Below, piece by piece: positions 1 to 12,029 of a DNA stretch of 64,000 bases. The notes beneath the pieces were generated by a model, which worked only from the letters and a program-made list of their open reading frames with translations, searched no databases and was not told the origin of the DNA. This DNA is from Oikopleura dioica (lineage: Eukaryota > Animalia > Chordata). Location: positions 248,001 to 312,000 of the forward strand of contig OU015568.1 in the NCBI GenBank assembly GCA_907165135.1. Direction: 5' to 3'. Position 1 is the stretch's first letter. Every line of letters starts with the position of its first letter. A program made the translations under genes and the position numbers.

Positions 1-899
1 GCCGAAAATGTGTCGCTCAGTTTCAAAAAATGCTAATTTACGGTGTAATAACAAGGATACTTTTTTCAAAAATTAAATTCCATACGAAATGTAATTCAAT
101 CTCAAAAATCTCTTGACAAAATAAAGATAAGAGTCTGAATTTTCACATAAAAATATAAAGAAGGTATGTTTACAAGCTCATTTCTTCGGAATTGAAGCCT
201 CTTCTAGGCCCATTTTCACCATTTTAGGTCGAGATCACGACTTCGAGCCAATTTTTAAAACAAAAAATCTTTATAAATCCAAATTTCTTTTTGACAAAAT
301 GTAGAACTAGGATGGATCTTTGCACTAATGTAGGCGAATTTTTTCCACCACTTCTATATCATGAGGAATTGAGCCCTAGTTAGAGCCTCGCCGACACCCG
401 TACCCTTAAGTGCCTCAAACGCCCAGTTGGGCAATAATGTTCGGTTTTTAAAACGAGTGACGAAGAGTTCAATTTTCAGTATAAAAATTTATGCGCGATT
501 GGGGGTCGAGTACAATAATGTTTTGAGTAAATGTGTCAATTTTTGTTTTTGAAAATTTTTATTTCGAATTTCCTTACCTGGTACAAAAATCCTTACATAG
601 TACAATTTAATTTTTGTACCATGTTAGGAAACCCCACATAGGCACATGGTACTTTTACGGGCTTCCTCGCGATGGTATTTCCCGCTGAAAAATGTAAGTA
701 TATATGCTCTTAATGGGAAGCAAAATTGTTCTTCACGAGCGGTAGAATAAGCCACTCCGGAAATGATAGAATAATAAATTAGCAGAGGCAACTAAGAGCC
801 TAGTCATCAAAAATTCTCCTACCACCTAAATTCTCTTCACTCGCAGCTATTTAAGTAGCAGACAATTGAGAACCCAAATCAATCGCAACTAATTTAAAA

Positions 900-1397
900 T
901 ATAAATTTCTCCGATTTTTCAACGAATTCTTCAAACACCAACTGCAACCATCAAGACTTCTTTTCCTCAGCAAAGATATCTTTCATCGCACAATTCGACC
1001 TTGCCCTCTCGAAAATACACACAACATTCTGCGCGATGAAGATTTTTCAACTTTTGCTCTGGCGATGTCTGCTCCTTTAGATACGGTAAAAATTCACAAA
1101 ATCACAGTTGGATGGCTTTAATGCAATTAAAATTATCAGGAATCATTTTTACTCTTTTCATTTTAAGGCGAGCAGAGACTGCGGTCGATCGAGACGATGT
1201 GCGGCTCTTCGTCATCATTACAATAGAAATAGAGGTGAGAGATGAAAATGTGTGGGAGCAGAAAAAGTGTAGTCCGCGGCTTATGATTAATCACCCAGAA
1301 TCACTGACTAATTTTTTAAGAGTCTTCAACCCGCGAATGCGCAAACTACTTCTGCAGCTGGGGATACTGCACTTGTTTCCGATGGATAACTGCATAG
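900..1397 (+). CDS. Possible small spliced gene with a Cys-rich C-terminus (...RDCGRSRRC...ECANYFCSWGYCTCFRWITA*)
   Basis: Two GT-AG introns (~1086-1167, ~1235-1321) join three segments in one frame ending at TAG 1395-1397. No start codon located and no recognisable family. Confidence 0.3.
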
Positions 1398-1925
1398 TCA
1401 ATTATTAAATTGTCTAAGAAAAATTATAAATAAACTTGAGACGACTGTAAATTTGAGATTTTATGATAAAGATATTAATAAAATCATGACATGATATTAT
1501 GATTAAACTTAAAAATTTTATTAAAAAAATCTTTTGTAAAGACCTACTCAAAGATCATCGATTTGTTTAAACTAATTTGTTGAGCAAGATATTCTTGTAA
1601 TAAATTTAGGGCCAATCAAATAATTAATGATACTCGATTAGTATAAAAATGAATAGTCGATAGTCTATCGACGATAGAGTTTCCTTTTAATGACCTTTTA
1701 ATGAGAGGCTACTAATTTTAAGGATAATCGATCAATTTCCTTTTTACTCGTAAAATGAACGATGAGTCTGAAAAGACAACTTTTAAACCGCAAAGAGAAT
1801 TTAGAAATATGATATTTCAAATATCCGGAAAATTATGAAACATAAGGCCTTTTTGATGAGGCTTTTATTCTTACCTATTTTAATAAGCATTTTCTTTAGA
1901 ATTTTGAGAAAAAGCTTTTTTGAAA

Positions 1926-3029
1926 ATGAAGCCAGAACAACATGAACACCTGTCCCTGGACAGAATCAATAAAATTCTGATGTCCGCCAGATTCGCAACT
2001 TGCAGCTACGAAACAGCGCAAACTTTGAAGCAATTGAAAAAAAGAGATTAGAAAAGAAAAAACTGAAGATCGTGGTAAAAATGACAGTTTTCTCCAAAAG
2101 GAGATCAAAACGGTTTTTAAAAGATTCGAATGCATCAAATACAAGGTAATTTAACTTGATTTAACATCAGATAATGAACAATAAAATTTGTAGTTTTTCC
2201 GGGACGAAAAATCTAGTGGAGACGCGATGGTCTTCCTCATGAACGAAAGAGGCATTCCCGACCGACCAAACGAGAAACGAAAGACCTACCTAGTCATCTC
2301 GATCGCCGGAACTCATGGCTTTCGCGACATCGTCCAAGATCTCAACATTTTCAAGAGAAAGTTCGAAGACACGGAGGCAAGGGTTCACGCTGGATTCTAC
2401 AACCAGTTCCTGGCGCTCAAGCCTAAGATCAGAAACAGAGTCGAACTGGTCTTGAATGAAACTTCAGTCGATGAAATTCTGATAACCGGCCATTCGCTGG
2501 GCGGTGCTGTGGCAGCGATGTTTGGTGCTTACCTGGCGGTGGAATTTGAAGATCAAAATTTTCGAGTCATTACTTTTGGCTGCCCAAAGCCTGGAAATTC
2601 TGATTTTAGAGAACTCTTTCAACAGAGGTAAAATTTTATAATGCTTCTTGCTTCAAAATTATTCTAGGGTGAAAAAGCATCTGAGAGTGAGGGTAACAAC
2701 AGATCCAGTAACATGGGTGCCGATGCTTATTCCCTGGTTCAGGATTGGTTTTGTCAATATAATATTGACAATATTCTTCTTCATTTTTTTGAATACTTTG
2801 AAAGCATGATGGAAACCAAAAGAGCCACACGTGTAATGACAATTCGTCGCAGGATTTTCAAATCAGCGAAGACGAGGTTTTTACGCTTAATCCTCATTCT
2901 TGCGAAAATTACATCGACGAACTGCTGAAAATAAAACGCGTCGTTTTGAGGAAAAAATTCAGAAATGCTGGTCCAAAAGCGATAGAATTTGTTGAAAAAA
3001 TGAGACTCTCCAAATCGGAAAGAAGCTGA
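1926..3029 (+). CDS. Class 3 lipase (alpha/beta hydrolase), multi-exon
   Basis: ISIAGT, VHAGFY, ITGHSLGGAVA nucleophile elbow, ITFGCPKPGN, DPVTWVP and C-terminal PHSCENY. GT-AG introns at ~2146-2194, 2628-2667 and 2753-2804. A frame discontinuity lies in the A7 run at 2037-2043. Confidence 0.88.
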
Positions 3030-3217
3030 TAACAAAATCTAATTTTTTTTCTGTATCACGAACATTAAAAGAATCGCATTTCATGCATCAAAATCAATTG
3101 CTGTCAAAACGGAAGAATGAATGTTCTGTTTATTAAACCGGTGACCGTACTTTTAAAATTGTTCCAATGCAGAGAAAAAAAATTTTTAGTGAACAAAAGA
3201 AGGTAAAGAACGCGGGG

Positions 3218-4660
3218 TTACTGACAGATCATGCTGTCAATTTGTCTCTTCATCGGTTCATCTAGCCAAGGGCACCGGTTGAAAGAACTGCATTTCTTGT
3301 TGTTGCACTCGGCCCAGTCAAACTGCCCATTCTGCATTTTTACGCACGTGAGCTGGATTTTTTTCGACTGAAAAAGAATTTTAATCGCTCATGAAATTTT
3401 TGAATATCTTGAAAAGATAAGTATATTTTAAAAACTTACTGCTTTTCTCCATTTTTTGTAAGTCTTGATCTTCTGAGGACAGGAGTATTGAACTTGCGAC
3501 CTCGCCTTGAATCCCTGAAAAGACCAGTCCTCAAACGACATCCAGCTTCCTTCCCCGCTTTCTCGGATCATCCAATTTCCATTCAGCTCGCTCAAGTCGC
3601 GAAAAATGTCCGGACAGCCCTCAATTTCCCCTTCCACGCAAATGAAGTTCTTTTCCCCCTCCATGTCTCCATAGGACCAGAACCCATTCGGATTCATAAA
3701 CGGCCGCGTCTTAATCGGCTGGAAGTTTTCAAACGACATCATCACGTGATCATTGATCGAGAAACCCAGCCATGTTGAGCCAAGAGAATTGATGAATTCG
3801 TTCTCTTCCGGAGTTTTTGGCCAGGGTAGGGATCCGCCTAGAATGGGCTCAGAAACCTGATGAAAAAAAGATAAGAAATTTTAAAAATTTGAGCTTTGCT
3901 GACTGAATCAGGAAGAAAATTGACTCAGCTTTCCGAGCCCAGCCTAAAAATCGACATGTTTTTCGCGCATTTTTGTAACTCAAAGGTGTCGAAGAAACTG
4001 CGACTCGGCGGCCTGCGACTTCTGTCCATTCAAGATCTGGAAAGCTTACTTCTGGCAAATCAGTCGGGGGCCCTTCTGTATGATCGGGCTCCTGGGAAGA
4101 AGAGTTGTCTTCGTCGCAGGCTGAAAAATCTTCTTCTCCATCAAGAGAGTTGACGGAAGGGCAGAACCAGACATCAACATCCAGTTCGTCGGAATCGGCC
4201 AGAGCTTCGAAGTTGAAAGTGTAGGGGTCGCCGGAGATCATGTTTTGACCGGGAGTGATGTTGACGATTTTTGAAGTGGAGTCGCTGAAATCGTCGACGG
4301 CGAAATATTGAGTGAAGCTCTAAAAATTCGTTTACTCAATCTCATTCAATGTCAGTTTTAAAGAAGGCTATTTGAATAAAGCTTACCTCTATGTCTTCGC
4401 CAAATTTGAGGACGAATTTGAAATCGTCAATTTGCTCGTTACCGATTGGCGTATCAACATGAAAGTAGAACTTGGTAAAACTCTCATCTTCGTGGCTGTT
4501 TCCAGGTCTCACTTCTCCGAAGCCATCTTCGCCGATTTTTGACAGGGACAGGCGAAAGCGGCCGCGAAAAGGGAAGACTTCGAAAGCTTCATGTTTTTGG
4601 CTCTCGTTTTTTGGATTTGAACTTAGTTTGATAATTGTCGGATTTGCAGCTCGGTTTTAA
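3218..4660 (-). CDS. C-type lectin domain protein followed by a sushi-like Cys segment
   Basis: SYKNARKTC, LPWPKTPEENEFI, TWLGF, NGFWSY and FICVE lectin motifs, then CPD...VQYSCP...LTC...W. Spliced; the 5' end is uncertain. Confidence 0.65.
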
Positions 4661-5357
4661 AGGAAACATTTTACGATTCTTTCCATATGTTGACTATTCA
4701 ACTTGAGTCGCGCTCAATAATTTTCGACGCTGTCAGGAGGTGATTAGCGCATAAAAACGTACGCAGAAGCGGATGTATAATAACGAGTTATCATTATTAC
4801 CAAAGGTGGAACGTGTCGTAAGCAGACCGTAAATGGTGATTCCTGTCGAAAAATTGATGAGCTAGTTGAAGTTTTTTGATGATTTGATTGATGAGTCCTA
4901 AATTTCAAAGTTTTCATTGTCGATAGAAGGTTCCGATTTCTAGTCTTGACAACCTGTGAGGGAAACCTGAGTCAGGCTTAAAATGACTTTAAAAAAAGTG
5001 GACGCAAATATAATGGGTCGGTATTAAAGTTTGTCTGAAATAATACCCAAGTTTTCTACTCAGGTATCCAAACCCAGGGAGAACTTTCCATTAAAGATGG
5101 AAATGTTGCCTTAAAAAATAAAATTTAAAACAAAAAATTTGTTATCCACTGTCGTCATTAAAAAAAAAACCGTGGAAGAAAATAGCCAGATTGCCATCAG
5201 AGGAAGACGAGAAAACAAATGAGAAGGCTTTTTTCATTGTTAATTATTTAGCCGGGAAAAGATCAAGTACGAGAAGAAATATTTAAGTTATTTGTGAATA
5301 TGTAACATGCAGCATGTTACATGCTGTGTGTTTCATGCGCTGATTCTTCGAATAAAG

Positions 5358-5492
5358 AATATTCCTCCTTCCAGCTGATAAATTGACTATTTGAGAATAA
5401 AACTGAAATTTTTTATCTTTTTTTTTATTTCACATATCCAGACAAAATGCCATACTCGTCTTCTGGTTCAAGTGTTTCTGTCAGCATATCGT
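5358..5492 (+). repeat. ~130-bp dispersed repeat homologous to 30931-31062
   Basis: Shared blocks ATTCCTCCTTCC, TTGACTATTTGAGAATAAAACTGA, AGACAAAAT and TTCTGGTTCAAGTGTTTCTGTCAG. Confidence 0.85.
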
Positions 5493-6032
5493 TCATTTGG
5501 GTCAGTTTTGTTTTCCGATTTATTTGCTATTTTCGAAGGAATCCATTTATTTTCGACAAAAAATCGTCAGAATTCATGGTCGAAACCGAGAATTTCGCTC
5601 GAAAAAGCTGACCCTGCCAAAAAGAAGTCGTTTGCTTGCCCTTTTGATATTTCGATCAAATTCTCTTTTCTGGCCATCTTGCTCGTCGAAAAACTTGCGG
5701 AAGAAAAAACCATCGTAGAAGGCAAAAATCGTTGAAAATAACTGAAAAATCAAGAGCTTCATTTTGATAAAGGTTCGAATTCGCGGCTTGTTGGATGATT
5801 TAGCTGTATTGCTTCTGTATTAATAATGAAATCAGTCCAGTTGTCAGTTCAATTAAAATAGATAATGCTTCAATTTTGCGCTTTTGATCGAAAACCGAAA
5901 ACTGTCAAATTTGATCAGAAATCGGCCGAAAAGGTCAAATAATCTGTAGCTCCATTTTAGTGAGAAAAAACGCTGCTGTCAAAATTTAAGAATTCAAAAA
6001 CCAAGATTCGAATTAAGAGAGATTTTCACAAA

Positions 6033-7337
6033 ATGCATTTTTCAATTTTTCTTCCGCTCGTAGCAGCAAACGATCGATGTAAATATATTTCTTCTATTTG
6101 GATTATATTTATTTCTATTTTGACTATTTGTAAAAATTAACCCCGTTAGCCTTCTCCTAAATCAGATTTTTAAGTACTGATTTTGAACCAATGGGTCACC
6201 TCGAATCCAGCCATTTCCTTCTCTTGGGACGAAAATAACACTGAGGATTTTACCCGAGTCTCGAATTTTGAATTTCATCAGTTTAAGGGTTGCAAATTTC
6301 CAAGGCTCAGCTGGCTTAGTCGCCGGCTTAGCTAAGAAAGAAGGGCGAAGCTCTGCTTAGCTGAAATATTTTTCTGAATAAGCTTTTTCATCTATGCTCA
6401 ACTTCGAAAGCCTCTTGAATAATTTGCAATTCTGATCAGACTTACAAGCTGAAACTTGGCTGCTCCGGCGTCATTGGCGAGAAAATGTACATCATTGGCG
6501 CTGAAGGCATCGCTGGTGGCTTGCCCGACATTGTCTACGAAGTCGCTGATTGCGGCGTCAAGGAAACGGACATCAAAGTGAGAATCAAAAAACTCGTTTT
6601 TCCTTGATTTCGAAAATTTTTTCAAGCTGCCGTGGTACATGAGCGCTCATTCCTGCACCGTTATCGATGACGTCATGCACATTTGCGGGAGTCAGATGGA
6701 TTTGCACACGAAAGACTGCACTACTTTTGATGGAACTTCTTTCGGCAAGAAAACCTCCGTTAGTTTTCTTTCTTTTAAACTTTAAGGAGCTTCATTTTGA
6801 TTTTCAGACTCGAAATGAGCATTCTTGGGGAGCAATGGCCGCATTCAACGGTCAACCAGTCGTTCTTGGCGGCCTTGTTTATCAAGCTAAGGATACCGCC
6901 TCGGTGGAGACTTTCAACGGTTCAAAATGGTCAGCTTTGCCGGATATGCCTTCGGAAAAGCGAGTCTTTGACGCGATCGGGCTCGGAAACAAGCTGTGTA
7001 CTTTCGGTGGATACATGGCTGCGACTGGAGAGGCTTCGGACGAGATCACCTGTTTTGATGGTTCTTCCTGGTCGAATGGTAAAAATCGCCTTTGAAATCG
7101 AAAAGCTTAATTTTTCTAGTTGGAAACCTCTTTGCTCCTCGATATGGCGCGCGGGTGATCCAGTACACGAGTCAAGAACTGCTCCTTATCGGCGGAACTG
7201 CGGGTGGAACTAACAGTGTCATGCCTTTTGAGAAAATCGACATCGACACTTTTGAGAGCAAAGTTTCGACCAACACGCTTGTTAGCTACGTCGACTGGCC
7301 CGAAACATTTGTTGTTTCGAAAGAGTTCTGTAGCTGA
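6033..7337 (+). CDS. Secreted kelch/beta-propeller repeat protein
   Basis: Signal-like start MHFSIFLPLVAA. Kelch-like blades: GAMAAFNGQPVVLGG...VETFNGSKWSALPDMP, LCTFGG...ITCFDGSSW and LLLIGG...EKIDI. Short introns, one GC-AG near 6745. Confidence 0.75.
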
Positions 7338-8512
7338 AACAAAGTTTGTTATAAATTATGATTAATATAATAAATGAGAATGAATCTTCGCAGAAAAAAA
7401 TGCTTCAAAATTGTGATCTTGTGGTCGAGTGTTCGTTTATCGAAAATGAAAAAAAGCTTCTTGCATAATATCTTTTGAGCAGAAGATCGAGGAGTTAACC
7501 GCGGTCTGCTGAGAGCTATTTTTGAAGGTGTGGATTTATGTCCTTTCAAGTTATGACTTCACTTACAATGTCATTCGCACTTTTTACTTGTCCAGCCGCG
7601 ACTGATCTAAATAATGCAATAAGCAGAGCTCGTGATCATCGGTCACTCAAACTTGGAAAAATATGACAGTTTCACAGAAATATTTCTCAAGAATTCTTTT
7701 CAGAATTTTGTTTCTTTAAAATTTCCAAAAATTATTAAAATCATCAGATGGGAGGAATTCTTGTCATTCTAGAGTTTATCTCAAGTTCCTGTCGAACTCA
7801 ACCATATTTGTCTGCGACTTTCGGGTCGTATCCGTTGTTAGTCGAGATGTTCTCTTGTTAACTAGGGCGTCAACTCATCATTTGATAATTCTCTGTTAAT
7901 ATCTTAAAAATATATTCGCCTAGTAGAAAAATCTCATATGGTGTCTATTTCTGAAAAATTTCTGGAATTTAAAATTTTATTTCTTTTTAGCGTCGAAGTA
8001 TCCTGCTTAATTTTCGAGAGAGCAATTCTGAACAGCATATGACGAAGTCGCTTTGCGGATTCGTTTTTGAGAAAGCTTTAATTAAACAACATCCTTGTAG
8101 ATTCAAAAATTAAGCGTCAGTAGTTGAGCCATCAAATGGAGCATGCACAATTGATAATCGCGTGTCGCCTGTCAAGTTATTTTCCTGACTAGTGTCATCC
8201 CCTTGCGGCATGTGCCTGAGTCATATTGGAAGCGCTCGAGGCGCACTAGGGCGCCTTTCTTCTATTTAAAAGGCGCTGGTGAAAGCTCGAAATCCTCAAA
8301 TCGAAAAAATTGATAAAAACTCGAGACACAAAAAAGTTGACTGGTTGTCTGAGAGAAAAGGCTTTTGACGATTAGACAGAAAACAAAAAAGGCTGAAGAC
8401 GAATCCTCAGGGCAAAACGAGTCGTTCGATCTTTTCCGCTGAAGCAAGAAACTCTGGAATAGAAACTTGAATCTTAAAATATTGAGAAAAAGAAAGACAA
8501 AATAAGACAAAA

Positions 8513-9029
8513 TGGGCCGAGTTCATGGATTTTCAGAAGAGGTAAAAATTGATGAATAAGGAAAAAAACCTAAGCAACTTTTAAACTTTGAATTTTTAAC
8601 AAAAAATTGAGTCCTAGCGCTACTTTTCTCATTTTTTTAATATAAAGTATTTGCGCTTTTTTTGTAGCTCCGTCATTATGATCCAATAAAGCCGCGCGCG
8701 GTTCTTTTTAGAATGATTTATTTGCGGCTTTTCTAAGTTTGGTAGAAAAAAGGATTGAAAAGCCGCGCGCGGCTTTCAACCACAATTATTTCATCATTTC
8801 TGCGCATTATTCGTCAGTTATTGAAATCCATTTTCAGGACTACCACAAAATGCGAAAACAAAGCATAAAAATGGACCGTCAAAAATTCAACGAAAACCAC
8901 CTGATAGACCAAGTGCCTCGCAAAAACCCGCCGTCCGAGTCCGCCCTGTCTGACAAAAACGCTCCTTCAAAACAACCTTTTGCGAAACGTCTTGGACAGC
9001 GAATCGGGAAGATATTTGGAAAGCACTGA
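8513..9029 (+). CDS. Possible small spliced gene of unknown function
   Basis: ATG with a GT donor at ~8542 and acceptors at ~8667 and ~8838; the phase of the last exon is ambiguous. Confidence 0.25.
8758..8776. repeat. GC-rich palindrome AAAGCCGCGCGCGGCTTT (also partial at 8688-8701, perfect at 27126-27143)
   Basis: The 18-mer is self-complementary and occurs three times in AT-rich non-coding sequence. Confidence 0.85.
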
Positions 9030-9752
9030 GAATTTGTCTCTTTTCCGCTGCGCTTCTTTTAGCTTTTTGCTCTTTTAGAATTTTACAAATTTTTTGCTTG
9101 CTGCCTGATATTTATCTGACGGAGGAATTAATAAACTTGCCAAAATTAAAATAATTCTTTGAAAATGAGTATTTCTATTCAAAATATTGAGTTACGGACT
9201 AAGGGTGTCAACAATGATTTTGGGTACTTTTTGCGACTTAGGTTTGTTAGCCCAGATATAGCCCAACCTAGCTAGGTTCATTGTCAAATAAATTTGAATA
9301 AGCAGAATATGAATTATGCAACACGAAATAATAGCACTCCAAAAACGGCAAGTTCAGCCAAGTCGATTATTGAAGTTCAATAGCTTTTTCTTCCGCGGAT
9401 TTCAGTGCTCCGGAGGTCGCGAATAATTCCGCGGAAACAGTAAAAGCGCTCGATTTTCTTTCAACTCGAAATCGCCAAATAAAGATGGTTAGACAGAAAA
9501 CCACATCTATATATTGAATTCATTTGAATAAATAAGCCAGGAGCTTGAGAATGAAGCTCAGTCAAAACAAGAATCGAAAAATACAAACATATATTATATG
9601 TGTTCATAATCCTTCTTTTCGTTTTCAAATTAATATGCTGCGAGATTTTTTTTCGCGTAATTGAAATTAATCTTTTCGCTATTACGGGTTATTTTTCAAC
9701 AAGCTTAGTTTTTTTTATTTATTTTGAATTCAGATCTAAAATTGTCAGCGAT

Positions 9753-10992
9753 TTAGTGACCCATGATGGTGGAAGAATCGGCAAACTTCTTCATGAGTTT
9801 GAAGTCAAAGACCATGTCGTACTGGCAAATGTAGTCGCCGTAGGAGAAGTTGCTGCAGGGATGGTTGGGGCCTTCGTAGTCCATGGCGATTCGCTGGGTG
9901 ACAGAGGAGCCGAACGCCAAGAGGTTGTAGTTGCGGCAGCTGGTCGAGGTGCACGCGTCGAAGGTCAAGCCCTTGATGTACAGGTCGTCGCCGCTGCGGT
10001 AGTCGATGATGAGCTGGTCCTTGGTGTAGTCGAACTCGGGCAACCAGATCGAGTAAGTGGTGTCTCGGTTGGGCGGGGTCAACTGCCCGACCTTGGTGTA
10101 GACGCAGTTGTTGATGTTGCAGTTGCTGCCGTAGTAGATCATGATTGGATCGTCGGAGCCGTCGTAGAGGGAACCTCCAGTCGTAAGCTTCAACTGAGAG
10201 CTGGCCTTGATGCTGGGAAGCTGAGGAGGAGAAGATCGCTTGATGACTCGTCCTCGGAGGAGGGAGTAGTGGGGCTTGAACTTCTTGGTGTAGAGATCAA
10301 AGGTGGCGTCCATGAAGCACTGGTAGCCTCGGGGGTAGCTGGAGTTGCAGGGCTTGGCTCGGGAATCGTAGTCAAAGACGAAGTACTGAAAGAAAAGGAT
10401 AAAATAAGGTCTCTTAGAGGTATTCTACTCGAAAATCAGGGATTAATTTGCTTTTCAAATATGAGCCAATCAAGGGGCACTTTTTAAAGAAACAGCGCCA
10501 TCTAGATTTAGTAGAGAGCTCTTTGATTGGTCAAAAGAAAAAGTTGAAAATTTGAAATCTTATGCAAAACTTACGTTATCTTTGCCACCATCGAAGTTCA
10601 TCAAATCGATGATTCTAGTGCCAGTAGAAAGGTTCACGTCCATTCTGATGGCGGAGAAGATCGCTTCGTTGGAGCTTCTGTAAGTCATGAAGACCATGTC
10701 GTTGTCGGGATCGACCTGGTCGGGCAGGTAGAATCGGTAGCCCTGGTTGTTGGAGCTGTAGGAGACCTGGCCCTGGTACTTGTAGTCGCAGATGCGGCCA
10801 GAAGTGACGTTGGTATTGCAGCTGCGGCCGATGTAGACCTTGAGCTGGCCAGTGAAGCCGGCATTGGAGACGTTGGCGACCTGGAATTCGATCGAAGCAG
10901 GGCCGAGAGCCGCCGAAGCGAGGCCAAGAAGAGCTCCTTAAAAGGGGGTTGAAATTTCTCGTTTAAAAATGCGCGTTACCTGAAAATTTCAT
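9753..10992 (-). CDS. Secreted protein with two tandem ~150-aa Cys-containing repeats (PLAT/LH2-like fold suspected)
   Basis: Signal peptide MKFSGALLGLASA and two GT-AG introns. The repeats align (YIGRSCN/YYGSNCN, YLPD/WLPE, YRSSNE/YRSGDD, DATFDLYTKKF/DMVFDFKLMKKF). Strong C-ending codon bias. Confidence 0.8.
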
Positions 10993-11576
10993 TTTAGATA
11001 AAATGAGAATGACAGGCGAAAAAAGACTCTTGAGATGGAGAAATTATGCGAGAACGAACAGATGGGAAAACGACTCGTGGAAGTTACACAACTTTTGAGA
11101 CTCATCGTTTCACGAAATTCAAATATTTTCAAAAATGATAATTTTTTTTTACCAAAAAAAAAAAATTTAACTGATTCAAAAATCTGCTAGCGAAAAGTCT
11201 AAAAAATGTCGATGAAAGATTTTTCAGAAAAGAAAATCTCATCCGTCAAAAAACTTCTATCTTTCTTGTTCTTTCGCTTGTTTTGTTTTAGTTTGTCGGA
11301 TCAATGCTCAGCATGGCTCAACTATTCAGCTGTTGGACTCGCCATTGTCGAGAATATTTTTGCCGCAGCGGGAGGTTTCGACGCAGATCTAAGCTATTTC
11401 TGGCTTTTTATCGTTTTTGATTGCGCCCAGTTCAATTATTTCGAAAGTGATAGAGGCTAAAACAGGCAGCGGAGAAAATGAGATAGGGTCAAAAGAAACA
11501 GTAGCGATTTTGGTATTTTGGCATTTTTGAAGAGATTTGAGAAGAAATGAAAACTGGTAAGCAAGTCTACTTTCAA

Positions 11577-11941
11577 GGCTAGGGTGGTCGGTTTGGCCCA
11601 AAGCAGAGCTCATAAGCTCTGGACTAATGAATGCTAGAATACCCAGTAATGGCTAAAACTAACGATCTATCCCAGATCTTCTGAATTACAGAAGTTTTTT
11701 TGCCAAGATTTCTGCCAAATTTCGGAGTTTCGAGCCTTGAATATTGGCTATTTTCGCGATTTTGGCCGAGATGCCAACTTTGAAGTCTCCGGAAGTGATT
11801 TTTTCTTGACAGAACAAAAATACCTTCTGTAATTCAGAAGATCTAGGATAGATCTTTATTTTAAGCCATAAATGGGTATTCTAGCATTCATAAGTCAAGA
11901 GCTTATGAGTTATGCTTTGGGCCAAATTGACCACCCTAGCC
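11577..11941. mobile_element. Non-autonomous DNA transposon with ~120-bp TIRs, GG...CC termini, TCAA/TTAA flanks (Kolobok-like)
   Basis: GGCTAGGGTGGTC...TCTTCTGAATTACAGAAG on the left pairs with CTTCTGTAATTCAGAAGA...GACCACCCTAGCC on the right. Confidence 0.85.
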
Positions 11942-12029
11942 TTAAGAAGACAGTAGTTAATTTTTTGAGCCTGACTCAGGCCACCACACAGGTTTTCGAG
12001 CCAAGAACAGTGTGCCAATTTTAATTTTA

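Noticed and set aside
1-410. Possible right end of a TTAA element (GTACCC|TTAA at ~400-409)
   Set aside because: The partner end would lie outside the window, and similarity to 20866-21160 is too weak.
7790-8100. Exon-like minus-strand fragments (FLKNESAKRLRHMLFRIAL)
   Set aside because: Could not be joined into a consistent gene model.
9600-10487. 295-aa plus-strand ORF
   Set aside because: Antisense shadow of the codon-biased minus-strand gene; no motifs of its own.
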